Virus record (IMG/VR): IMGVR_UViG_3300045747_000527
Location: 1 to 64,000 of that record
Source: a virus
Length of the DNA: 64,000 nt
Strand: one strand, 5' to 3'
This document shows, piece by piece, positions 54,576 through 63,436 of the stretch; within the stretch, counting starts at the first letter, position 1, and each line of letters opens with the position of its first letter. The translations under genes were made by a program, and so were the position numbers. The notes under the pieces were generated by a model that made no database searches, was not told the DNA's origin, and was given only the letters and a program-made list of their open reading frames with translations.

Positions 54576-54614
54576 CTTACGAAAATACTACGTGCTTAGG
54601 AACTGCTGTGTCAA
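54576..54614 (-). promoter_or_regulatory. sigma70-like promoter TTGACA-N18-TAGTAT with extended TAGTATTTTCGTAAG motif
   Basis: -35 TTGACA at 54614-54609 and -10 TAGTAT at 54590-54585 on the - strand, pointing into the structural operon. Confidence 0.55.
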
Positions 54615-54646
54615 GCAACCCCTCCGGCAAAAAGCTGTGATTCGTC

Positions 54647-54654
54647 GGTATAAG
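54647..54654 (+). promoter_or_regulatory. GGTATAAG promoter-like motif
   Basis: Upstream of the replication block; GGCAAA 17 nt before TATAAG. Confidence 0.7.
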
Positions 54655-54695
54655 TCCTTTGATCTAGTACCCAACTACTAACGCCAGGAGACCCA

Positions 54696-55073
54696 ATGTC
54701 ATTTGCCGACCGAATCGGAGTATCTGCCCCAGTAGAGAAACCCAGCTGCTGGGGAAACAAGAACGCCTTTGACCCGGAGGATAGCGACTGCTCTGAGTGT
54801 AGGTTCCAGAACAGCTGTCGCCAAGAAGTAGGCGCCAAGCAGCGCGTCTACCAGGTCGGGGTCAACCAAGCACCACGACCATCCATTCCGCAGACGTCCT
54901 ACCGCCCCAACTACCAAGCACACCCAAACGACACGTACCCAACCTGGGCTCCGGGTCCCACGCACGAAAATGACCGACCCCTAGCTCGACTCGCAAAGGA
55001 TGTTGCCGTAGGCGGCCTCCATGGATTAGGCCTACAGTTCGTTCGGTTCTTCTCCGTGTGGAGAATGAAATAG
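54696..55073 (+). CDS. protein with N-terminal 4-Cys zinc finger
   Basis: CWGNKNAFDPEDSDCSECRFQNSC; AGGAG RBS. Confidence 0.7.
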   Translation: MSFADRIGVSAPVEKPSCWGNKNAFDPEDSDCSECRFQNSCRQEVGAKQRVYQVGVNQAPRPSIPQTSYRPNYQAHPNDTYPTWAPGPTHENDRPLARLAKDVAVGGLHGLGLQFVRFFSVWRMK

Positions 55074-55081
55074 GAGACAGT

Positions 55082-57325
55082 ATGAACAGAGATCCAGACC
55101 TCGGCTACTACGGGCGCAACCTGTGGTTGCCTAAGAAACACGTCAACGTCCGCAGTGTCAAAGCCGGCCTGGAGTTCCCCGTCATGGGGGAGAAAGGAAT
55201 CGAGTACCTCCAGCTGTGGACAGATAGGAGCACGCATCTTGTAGTACCAAGGGAGTTCATCCGTCGAACGATGTACCCGTCACTGCCGTTCAAGATCGTT
55301 CCGGTCCTTCCTGCATCATACAGGCAGGTAAAATTCAAAGAGAACATCACTCTGGACATCAAGGACCCCACCCAGGACATCCAGAAGAACGCGTTCAAAG
55401 CGTACATGGCTGCCGACTGCGGCATCCTGAACCTAGCCTGTGTCTCGGGAAGTGCCCTAATCGACCTGAATAGAGCGGGTAAGGGCTTCAGCATAAACCT
55501 GCGAGATGCCTACGAAAGGTTCAACGGATTAGCCGCAAAGCACAACTGGGATCAAACAATACCCACCTTCGTGAGATCAAATAAGGGAAAACAAGTAGGG
55601 CTACAGAGAGTGGCGGCCATGCTCTACAAAGGCAAGCGCCGTACGTACACGCTGCGCCTAAGAAACGGAATGACCTTACGTGCTACTGGAGATCACGAGA
55701 TACAAGTCGAAGAAAATAAGTACGTCCCACTGCGCGAACTCGCTCCTGGAGACTCCGTACTGATAGACTCAGATCGCACAGAGTCCATTCGAAAGCCAAA
55801 AGAGGCGTATCGGAGGCTTAGCTGGTACCCCAGTCACCCCTTCGTACGAGTACAAAAACGAACAAGACCCTCAGGCAAGATAGACCTGTGCTGCCAGATA
55901 GAAGAACACCGCATTGTGGCTGAGTGCGCCCTCAACAAAATAGGAAGCATCAAGGGGTATCGGGCCCTGTTCAAGACAGGCAAGATTGCGGGACTGCAAT
56001 TTATCGATCCTGCCCTTTTCCACGTACATCACATCGACGAGAACAAAAGAAACAACTCCCCGGACAACCTAGAGATACTGCCGGCAGAGGAACACAGAGC
56101 CCACCACTCTATGGGGGCCGAGGCATTTGGATACGGAATACCAACAGCTAGAGAAATAGAGTCCATCACTCCCTTTGGGATGGAAGACGTCTACGACATC
56201 GTGTGTGACGATCCGCACCACAACTTCACGGCTAACAAGATCATAGTACACAATTGTGGCAGGGGCAAAACGGCGCTGACTCTCAAGCGAATAGCAGCAC
56301 GAGGAGTACCCGCCCTCGTGATCATGAATAACACCACACTCATAGGGCAGTGGGGAAAAAGTATTGAACAGTTCTTGGAGGTGGAAGGAGGCGTGGGCAT
56401 AGTCCAAGGCCCGCCCGATACCTGGGACTGGCACGACCGGGGCATCGTGCTGGCCTCCCTCATGTCCGTGGCCATTCGGTACCAGGAGTTACCCGTTGGT
56501 TTCTCCTCCTACTTTGGTGACATCTACTACGACGAAGTCCACCACTTATCTGCTGAAGTGTTCTCCCGTGCCGCGCCCATGTTCTACGGCAAACGGTACG
56601 GGCTGACTGCAACCCCAAAGAGAGAAGACGGGCTAGAGCTGGTGTACCAGTACAACATCGGCCCAGTATTCCATCGATACTTGATCCAGGACCTGACTCC
56701 GAAAATCTTCTTCCACTTGAACCCAGTCAAGCTGAACATGCTCAGTGCGGATGTGAAGTTTGCCATCTCAGACAAGAACGGCAAACCCTGCCTACCTAAG
56801 CTGCGGTCGTACCTGGGCACCATGCCGGAGAACAATAGGTACATCGCCAAAGAAACCAAACGAGCCCTGGCCAAGGGCCGCAAGATACTGGCTCTGAGTC
56901 ACAGCGTAGACCAGCTCGTCACTCTCCACAAAATGTTCAGAGGGTCCGGGCTCTGCATAGGCGACGTAAAGGACATCAACCTTCGTCTGAAGGCCCTGCG
57001 GGAATGCCAATTGACCTTCGGGACACTCGATCTAGTGCGAGAGGGGCTAGACGAAGACACGCTAGACACAATCTTCTTCCTCACACCGTTCGGGAGCAAG
57101 GACATAGTAGACGGGGGCAAGAACACTTTCCAGCAGGGCATGGGGCGTGCTCTTCGCCCACGCAAAGACAAAAGGCAACCTGTGATCACGGTATTCGACT
57201 ACCTGTACATCCCTAAGCTGCACCAGCAGTGCAACAAAATGAAGCAGTTATTGAAGGAGTGGCCTGTCGATGAGGGCGGTCCATTTGAGTTTGAGGTAAT
57301 CAAAGCGTACGAGGAGATCAAATGA
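55082..57325 (+). CDS. superfamily 2 DNA helicase (UvsW/XPB-like), intein-interrupted
   Basis: Spliced motif I LA-CGRGKT, motif II YYDEVHH, motif III GLTATP, motif V EGLDEDTLD, motif VI QQGMGRALR; start MNRD after AGGAG. Confidence 0.85.
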   Translation: MNRDPDLGYYGRNLWLPKKHVNVRSVKAGLEFPVMGEKGIEYLQLWTDRSTHLVVPREFIRRTMYPSLPFKIVPVLPASYRQVKFKENITLDIKDPTQDIQKNAFKAYMAADCGILNLACVSGSALIDLNRAGKGFSINLRDAYERFNGLAAKHNWDQTIPTFVRSNKGKQVGLQRVAAMLYKGKRRTYTLRLRNGMTLRATGDHEIQVEENKYVPLRELAPGDSVLIDSDRTESIRKPKEAYRRLSWYPSHPFVRVQKRTRPSGKIDLCCQIEEHRIVAECALNKIGSIKGYRALFKTGKIAGLQFIDPALFHVHHIDENKRNNSPDNLEILPAEEHRAHHSMGAEAFGYGIPTAREIESITPFGMEDVYDIVCDDPHHNFTANKIIVHNCGRGKTALTLKRIAARGVPALVIMNNTTLIGQWGKSIEQFLEVEGGVGIVQGPPDTWDWHDRGIVLASLMSVAIRYQELPVGFSSYFGDIYYDEVHHLSAEVFSRAAPMFYGKRYGLTATPKREDGLELVYQYNIGPVFHRYLIQDLTPKIFFHLNPVKLNMLSADVKFAISDKNGKPCLPKLRSYLGTMPENNRYIAKETKRALAKGRKILALSHSVDQLVTLHKMFRGSGLCIGDVKDINLRLKALRECQLTFGTLDLVREGLDEDTLDTIFFLTPFGSKDIVDGGKNTFQQGMGRALRPRKDKRQPVITVFDYLYIPKLHQQCNKMKQLLKEWPVDEGGPFEFEVIKAYEEIK
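55439..56254 (+). mobile_element. intein (272 aa) with HNH endonuclease domain
   Basis: Starts CVSG; block B LRATGDHEI; HVHHIDENKRNNSPDNLEIL..EEH..HH; block F VYDIVCDDPHHNF; ends IVHN before +1 Cys. Confidence 0.9.
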
Positions 57326-57798
57326 GTGAAGAGAGCAACAAACCAAACGAGTCCGAAGAATGGATCATGGTCGGCGCCGGCGACCCAATGAACTTCTACG
57401 TTGGCCACCTCCGAGCCTCAGAAGACTGGCCAGCGCAAATTGCGGCACGTGACCTACGTGATCCCGCGGAATTACGCGCAGTAACCGAGCGCTGCATCGC
57501 GTGGGGAGAGCCACTCACCCTTGTAGAAACGCGGCTGTTCATGACGATGTTCCAGCCCTCCCCCAATGGGGGCATGGGGATGGTCTCTCAGCTGGCTCCA
57601 GTTTCTGGTAGCGGAGGGCCAGTCATCCTGCGGATCAAGCCGACAATCGTTGTGTTCCCTGCGGACACACCAGGCATGGCAGAGCGCATCTCTGAGATGT
57701 CCACGCAGGTAGCATCACGAGAGATGGAGGCACGGGCCAAGGCATCCGGCATTCACCTGGGTGGAACTATGCCCCCTGGGATCAACAGGAGGCAGTAG
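57322..57798 (+). CDS. hypothetical protein
   Basis: 158-aa ORF with ATGA overlap. Confidence 0.7.
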   Translation: MSEESNKPNESEEWIMVGAGDPMNFYVGHLRASEDWPAQIAARDLRDPAELRAVTERCIAWGEPLTLVETRLFMTMFQPSPNGGMGMVSQLAPVSGSGGPVILRIKPTIVVFPADTPGMAERISEMSTQVASREMEARAKASGIHLGGTMPPGINRRQ

Positions 57799-58517
57799 TG
57801 AACAAGGGCAAACAGCTTGCCATACTGAGGGATGACTGGCTGGAGTGCGGCCGGTGCGGGCTCTGTGAGAGGAGAAAGCATGTTGTCTTTGGGGAGGGCA
57901 ACCCTTCTGCTAAGATCTTAATTGTGGGAGAAGCCCCAGGTCCGGAGGAGGACAAGTCGGGGCGCCCGTTTATGGGCGAGACAGGGAAGATCTTAGATAC
58001 GTTCCTCCGCGCAGCTAGACTTGACCGAAGGGAGGACGTCTACATCACCAATGTCGTCGGCTGCCGCCCAACGGTGTCCAACCTGAACGACGCCACGGGA
58101 GAGTCCGTGGTAGAGAACCGCACGCCAAGTACTGAAGAGAGGAACGCGTGTAAGCAGCGAGTCTTAGACACGATCTATGCAGTAGATCCGTTACTCATCG
58201 TAGGGCTGGGTAAGACGGCCCTCCAAACTCTGCTGGGCAAAACCAACGTCATAGCCAAGATGCGCGGCAACGTCTACACCATGCACATGCCCGGCAAGCG
58301 GGTCGCAGACCTACGGTACCCAGTGCTCGCCATGTTCCACCCATCCTTCCTAGCCAGGAACTTCGAGTACACAAACCCTGAGGGCGTCTGGTACCAGACT
58401 GGACGCGATTTCAAACTACTAACCGAAGTCATCGACTACATCGATCTGAAATACTACGGAATCGCACGGAGGCGTTATGACCAGCCCGAAGAACAAAACC
58501 CTGACACCGAAGACTGA
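57798..58517 (+). CDS. udg: uracil-DNA glycosylase, family 4 (Fe-S)
   Basis: CGRCGLC, VFGEGN...VGEAPGPEED..GRPF, NVVGCRP, MFHPSF. Confidence 0.88.
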   Translation: MNKGKQLAILRDDWLECGRCGLCERRKHVVFGEGNPSAKILIVGEAPGPEEDKSGRPFMGETGKILDTFLRAARLDRREDVYITNVVGCRPTVSNLNDATGESVVENRTPSTEERNACKQRVLDTIYAVDPLLIVGLGKTALQTLLGKTNVIAKMRGNVYTMHMPGKRVADLRYPVLAMFHPSFLARNFEYTNPEGVWYQTGRDFKLLTEVIDYIDLKYYGIARRRYDQPEEQNPDTED

Positions 58518-58995
58518 AGAGCCCTCGTTCGCCGCGAAGGTTGTTCGCAAATTCAAAGAGGCAGAGGACCGACTAACCCAGTTCATGCGAGACCCCGATG
58601 TGCGTGAACTACTTCAGCAGTACCACGATCTGGTACTTCAGAGAAATGAGCAACTCGGTGAGGCAGTTCGAGCAGTAAAATCCGAACTGTCTCGTTCCGA
58701 CCGCGCCAAACTGCTCATCGAAGGCATCGGCGCACAGAAGAAGTACGGGTACAAGTACGATATCGACCACTTACGTGCCTACCTGCCGCCGGAACAGGTA
58801 GCCATGATCATCACGGAAGAGACTGTCTACAACCTAAACGTGGAAGATCTGACCCGGCTCGTACGGCAAAAGGAAATTGACGAAACCATAGTTCGGCAGG
58901 CGTACAAAGAGGCGCCTGCTGGTGTAGCAAGCATGCCAGGGACCCCAAAGGTGTACGAGATGCCGCCCCTGGCACTGGAGGAAGAAGTTGACTAA
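58477..58995 (+). CDS. hypothetical protein
   Basis: 172-aa ORF with an N-terminal coiled coil. Confidence 0.7.
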   Translation: MTSPKNKTLTPKTEEPSFAAKVVRKFKEAEDRLTQFMRDPDVRELLQQYHDLVLQRNEQLGEAVRAVKSELSRSDRAKLLIEGIGAQKKYGYKYDIDHLRAYLPPEQVAMIITEETVYNLNVEDLTRLVRQKEIDETIVRQAYKEAPAGVASMPGTPKVYEMPPLALEEEVD

Positions 58996-59341
58996 GAACA
59001 TAGCAAAGACCCCCGTAAGAGCAGTGGCAGAAGGCAAAGTCACCGCGACAGACAAACGAGAAGGACGGGTTCTGCGTGAGACACCCATTCATGTAGAGGA
59101 GACCTATGACATCATGAACCTGGGTAACGGAGGAGCCGTAGTCTGCAATACCCGCGGCTTCAAGAAGTGGGCGTCAACCCGAGAAAGCGGCCTGACCGTA
59201 GAAGCCACCGTCTCGGTCACGCTAACCTGTAACCAAGACCAGAACACGATTGACCAGGCCGCCGCACTGGCGGGCGGCATGGCCGAGCACCATGCCCGAG
59301 AGGGCATCACAGAAATGAACCAATACTTCGAGGAGCTATAG
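58988..59341 (+). CDS. hypothetical protein
   Basis: 117-aa ORF, TTG start. Confidence 0.65.
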   Translation: MTKNIAKTPVRAVAEGKVTATDKREGRVLRETPIHVEETYDIMNLGNGGAVVCNTRGFKKWASTRESGLTVEATVSVTLTCNQDQNTIDQAAALAGGMAEHHAREGITEMNQYFEEL

Positions 59342-59344
59342 GCC

Positions 59345-59665
59345 GTGCACGTCACAGAAGAGTGCAAGATCAACGGCATCCGCCTGACCGAGTTCACGTA
59401 CGCGAACATCGCAGGCACTCCAGAGGTTTCCATCACGTACGCACTCACACAGGTAGACCCGAACACAAAAGCCACTACCAACACTCACGGAAAAGTCACT
59501 GCCGTCGGAGGCAACATGTCCGCGTACTCGTGGGAGCTGCTGCTTCGGCTGCTAGCTCACATCGAGAAGGACCTCGCGCCCAGACACTTCACTATCGACC
59601 CCAAGGAGACAGACGATGAACCACGGACTGCTACTTCAGGACCAGAAGAAACTCCTCAAATTTAA
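59345..59665 (+). CDS. hypothetical protein
   Basis: 106-aa ORF, GTG start after GAGGAG. Confidence 0.6.
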   Translation: MHVTEECKINGIRLTEFTYANIAGTPEVSITYALTQVDPNTKATTNTHGKVTAVGGNMSAYSWELLLRLLAHIEKDLAPRHFTIDPKETDDEPRTATSGPEETPQI

Positions 59666-60776
59666 CAGCGTGTATGAGGAGGTTACGCGCAAGGCTGATC
59701 TGAATCTACCTGATGTCACAATCGAGATGACCAAGGTTAAGATCGCAAATACCGGCGCCGCACAGGACGTCGCCCTAGACGTTCCAGGGCAGGGCACCTT
59801 CTGCATGACCCACTGGGCGCGCAGCCAAATGGGCTCCTACCTGGGCATCCAGTGGGACAAGTGGTTCAATCCCAAAGCCGTCAACTCCAGAGACATTCAA
59901 GAGGAAGTGCAGAAGCGCTTCCGCCAAAGCGGAGAAAGTAAAAAGCTGCGCCTCTGCCGGTTCAACGGAGCCGAGGCAGACGCCAAGCTGAAGAAGACCG
60001 GCTACGATGGCTACGTTCGCGCAGTCCTCGGTCCCACGTACGCATCCATTGACGACGTCCGCGTTTTCGACCGCATCGCCAAGTCCTTCAGGAACCAGCT
60101 GGACAGTGTCCACTTCATGAAGAACCACATGAGCAAGACGAGTCACTGGGGTAACGATCACTGCACCTACTACAGCATGATCGGAGAGCCCGTCAACCTC
60201 GGGCCCATCGACCGACTCAACTCCAATGTGGCAGTCCGACGTATCTACGATCTGGCTGAGCGAGAGGGCAAGTTGCCCGATGCTGACTGGGTCTACCCAG
60301 GCTTCCAACTACGAAACAGCGAAGTCGGGTACACCGCGGTCCAAATCAACGAATTCCTGTTCCGCCTGGTTTGCCTGAACGGGGCCATCATCTGCACAGG
60401 TGAGTCCAAACTGATGTACCGGACTCACAGGCCTATCGAAGATGTGATCTTAGACCAGCAACTGCATGCAGTATTCTCCGGCGCTCCAGCTCGATGGAAA
60501 CTCACGGAGAAGAACATCAAGATCTTGTCAGGCATCGTGCTCCAGAACCCAGTCGCAGAACTGGAGCACCAACTACTGAAGATGGACGTCCCCAAGTCCT
60601 TCATCAAGCTGGCCACGGAAGCGTTCGAGAAAGAGCCGCTGCCCACCATGTACGGCGTGCTTCAGGCCATCACCCGAGCCGCACAGCAAGAAGAGGACAT
60701 GGACAAGCGCTTCGACTTGGAGAGCTTGGGCGGTCGCCTCATCAACAGCGCACCCCGTCTGCAAGCTGCGGCGTAA
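59616..60776 (+). CDS. DUF932-like protein
   Basis: RAVLGPTY..IDD, GFQLRNSEVG, LFRLVCLNGAI. Confidence 0.65.
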   Translation: MNHGLLLQDQKKLLKFNSVYEEVTRKADLNLPDVTIEMTKVKIANTGAAQDVALDVPGQGTFCMTHWARSQMGSYLGIQWDKWFNPKAVNSRDIQEEVQKRFRQSGESKKLRLCRFNGAEADAKLKKTGYDGYVRAVLGPTYASIDDVRVFDRIAKSFRNQLDSVHFMKNHMSKTSHWGNDHCTYYSMIGEPVNLGPIDRLNSNVAVRRIYDLAEREGKLPDADWVYPGFQLRNSEVGYTAVQINEFLFRLVCLNGAIICTGESKLMYRTHRPIEDVILDQQLHAVFSGAPARWKLTEKNIKILSGIVLQNPVAELEHQLLKMDVPKSFIKLATEAFEKEPLPTMYGVLQAITRAAQQEEDMDKRFDLESLGGRLINSAPRLQAAA

Positions 60777-60797
60777 ACAGCAACCGATAGTGGGTAT

Positions 60798-60860
60798 ACC
60801 GGGGTGGTGGCCCCGTATCTAGTGCCTTGACCAGGGCTAGGTATGGGGCCACACCCCGGT
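60798..60860 (+). other. long imperfect hairpin (~27 bp) upstream of the helicase RBS
   Basis: ACCGGGGTG(G)TGGCCCCGTATCTAG...CTAGGTATGGGGCCACACCCCGGT; three G-U pairs on the + strand. Confidence 0.75.
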
Positions 60861-60877
60861 TTCCTCAAAGGAGTATC

Positions 60878-62365
60878 ATGGCCGCATCCGTAGACCTAAA
60901 GTTGATCGCCAAGATTGCAGACGTAGGAGAGATCAAGTCGGTCATTGACGCCGGCATCACGGTGGACAAATTCAAAGACCAAGACGCCCGCCTTATGTTT
61001 GGCTTCGTTCTGAACTACTACAAGAACAGAAAGACGATGGGGAACATCCCCACCCGTGCATTGCTGGAGGACCACTACCCAACGGTAGACCTACCTCCAT
61101 CAGATCGGTTGACTCTGAGCTCCGCTATCGATGAGTTTCTGCACACAGACCTGAAAGCTCGTGTAAGCAAGCTCAATGATTACGTCTCTGACTGGGCGGA
61201 TAGCCCGCTGATAATGCTGCCCAAGGCGCAGCAGATGATCAACGACATGCTCAAGGACAAGCGCTCCAGCGTTGACATCGTAGTCGCAGAAGCCGTACTT
61301 GAGGCCCAGCAGCGCTATGAAGAAGCTAAATTCCGTGACGTGCTCAAGGGCATCCCGTACCCCTGGAAGATCTTAAACACAGAGACACAGGGCGCGCAAA
61401 ACGGCGAGTACATCATCTTCTACGGCAGACCCAAGAGCCTCAAGACATTCATAGGGCTCAAGGTATCCGTGCACGCCTACGAGTTCGCTGACAGAAGGAT
61501 ACTCATCTACACCAGAGAGATGAGCCCGCAGCAGATGATGGACCGGGTAATCTGCATGCTCATCCACGCGCCGTACGATGCGTTTAAGAAGGGGTACCTC
61601 CACCAAATACCGAATGAATTTGGGGGCACCAAAGAAGACGAGTTCTACGCGCTGATGGGGGCGATCAAAGAAGACGAGAACATGCTGGCTATCGGCGACA
61701 AGCACAAAACGATAGTGATCACCAGCGATAGGCAAGACAAAGATGGCGGCGGTGTCTCCGGCCTCCGCAGAAAAATAGAGGACCACCGCCCAGACCTGGC
61801 TTTCGTAGACGCCGTGTACTTGATGCGCAATGACCGCAGCGGTGTGCGTTCCGTGAAGTGGTCAGACCAGGCCGGCATTTCACAAGATCTAAAGGAAGTC
61901 GCCCAAGACTTCAACATCCCCCTGGTTGCCACACTCCAGGCAAACCGCGGCAGCGAAAACAACAAAGGCGAGAGCGCAGCAAACATGTCCTTCAGCGACT
62001 CGTACGCACAAGATTGTGACCTCGCCATAGAGATCATAAAGAAGAAAATCGACCCGCTCCACAACGAGTTGGCCCTTGCCATCACGGCGTCTAGGGAGAC
62101 CAACATGTCCGGCTTCGCTATCCACGGTAACCCGTGCGAGAACTTCGACATCCTGGAGAAACCCGTACTAGACAGACACGGCGAAATTGTGATCGGGCAT
62201 AACGGCCAACCCATGCTAGAGCCGGTCATCTTCCACGACACCGCTGACATCTGGAAGATGTTCAAGAAGGATGAGGACAAGTCCTATAGCGCCAAGAACC
62301 ACCTGGACCACCTGTCGAGTTCGGTCACGAATGCGAACGTCAGGGAACACAAAGCAAGGGGGTAG
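60878..62365 (+). CDS. dnaB: DnaB-like (SF4) replicative helicase
   Basis: IFYGRPKSLKT, LIYTREM, LAFVDAVYLM, IPLVATLQANR; start MAASV after AAAGGAG. Confidence 0.85.
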   Translation: MAASVDLKLIAKIADVGEIKSVIDAGITVDKFKDQDARLMFGFVLNYYKNRKTMGNIPTRALLEDHYPTVDLPPSDRLTLSSAIDEFLHTDLKARVSKLNDYVSDWADSPLIMLPKAQQMINDMLKDKRSSVDIVVAEAVLEAQQRYEEAKFRDVLKGIPYPWKILNTETQGAQNGEYIIFYGRPKSLKTFIGLKVSVHAYEFADRRILIYTREMSPQQMMDRVICMLIHAPYDAFKKGYLHQIPNEFGGTKEDEFYALMGAIKEDENMLAIGDKHKTIVITSDRQDKDGGGVSGLRRKIEDHRPDLAFVDAVYLMRNDRSGVRSVKWSDQAGISQDLKEVAQDFNIPLVATLQANRGSENNKGESAANMSFSDSYAQDCDLAIEIIKKKIDPLHNELALAITASRETNMSGFAIHGNPCENFDILEKPVLDRHGEIVIGHNGQPMLEPVIFHDTADIWKMFKKDEDKSYSAKNHLDHLSSSVTNANVREHKARG

Positions 62366-62368
62366 CTT

Positions 62369-63436
62369 ATGCTGAGGGACGTGATCATGCAGGAGCTGCC
62401 CAAGCTCCTGCGTTTCGTCAAGCCATCAGGCACCAACAACATGGGTGGGCCCTGCCCGTTCCACAAAGGCGGTGAAGAGAAGACCCCGTCATTCTACGTC
62501 AACGTGAACAACGGACTCTACTTCTGCCACTCGTGCGGCGTCCGCGGCACCTTCGTACAACTGCTCAAGAACCTCGGAGCCAGGGCAGACAAAATAGAAC
62601 TGCTCACCCAACTCGCAGCAGAAGAACAGGACGCCGAGAAACCAAAGAAAGCCCTGGACCACAGAGCCACCCACACCATCAGCGAGGCAATCCTAGGAGC
62701 GTTGGACTTCTGCCCCGAAGAGCTCCTTCAGGTAGGGTTCGACATGACCTTGCTACACGACCTGGACGTGGGGTTCGACAAAGAACTCAGTCGGATCACA
62801 TTCCCCATCCGGGACGTCTATGGCACCTTGGTAGGTATCTCTGGCCGCACAGTCATCGACGCCTGGCCCAGATACCTGGTGTACCGACCCCAGGACCTAG
62901 CCAAGTTTGCCCCAGCAGACGAGCCAGCAAAGTACGCCGGCCACCAACTGAAAAACCATGACCACGTGTGGAATCTACACAACGTGTACCCAAGCCTCTT
63001 CTACGGCGACCTGGACGCGGTCATCGTGGTGGAGGGGTATAAGGCGTGTATCTGGATGATTCAGCAGGGGTTCACCAACACCGTCGCCCTCATGGGCAGC
63101 CGCATGACGTGGAAACAGGAAGCACTGCTCACGAAATTCAGCGGCTCCGTCTTTCTCTGCCTTGACAACAACGAGGCAGGGTGGAACGGTACCTTTGAAA
63201 CGGGCCGAGCTCTAGCACGGCACGGCCAAGATGTTTGGGTGTTCCGGTATCCATTCGACTCAACCGAGGGCGCCCAGCCAGATAACTTAGACGCGAACGA
63301 AATTAAAGAAGGCCTCGACACATCGTCACCATTTGCAACTTGGAGAAGAAAAAATGCACTACTCATCGGCAGACCGCAAGTCACTATCGACACAGATCGG
63401 AGCGTTCGTCTCAGCAAACAAGAGCGGGGGTCTTAG
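62369..63436 (+). CDS. dnaG: DnaG-like DNA primase
   Basis: CPFH...TPSF...FCHSCG zinc finger; RITFPI...GISGR; TOPRIM VVEGY and CLDNNEAG. Confidence 0.88.
   Translation: MLRDVIMQELPKLLRFVKPSGTNNMGGPCPFHKGGEEKTPSFYVNVNNGLYFCHSCGVRGTFVQLLKNLGARADKIELLTQLAAEEQDAEKPKKALDHRATHTISEAILGALDFCPEELLQVGFDMTLLHDLDVGFDKELSRITFPIRDVYGTLVGISGRTVIDAWPRYLVYRPQDLAKFAPADEPAKYAGHQLKNHDHVWNLHNVYPSLFYGDLDAVIVVEGYKACIWMIQQGFTNTVALMGSRMTWKQEALLTKFSGSVFLCLDNNEAGWNGTFETGRALARHGQDVWVFRYPFDSTEGAQPDNLDANEIKEGLDTSSPFATWRRKNALLIGRPQVTIDTDRSVRLSKQERGS

Noticed and set aside
55102-55111. CGGCTACTAC partial match to the 48-bp repeat
   Set aside because: It lies inside the helicase coding sequence and lacks the complementary arm; chance match.
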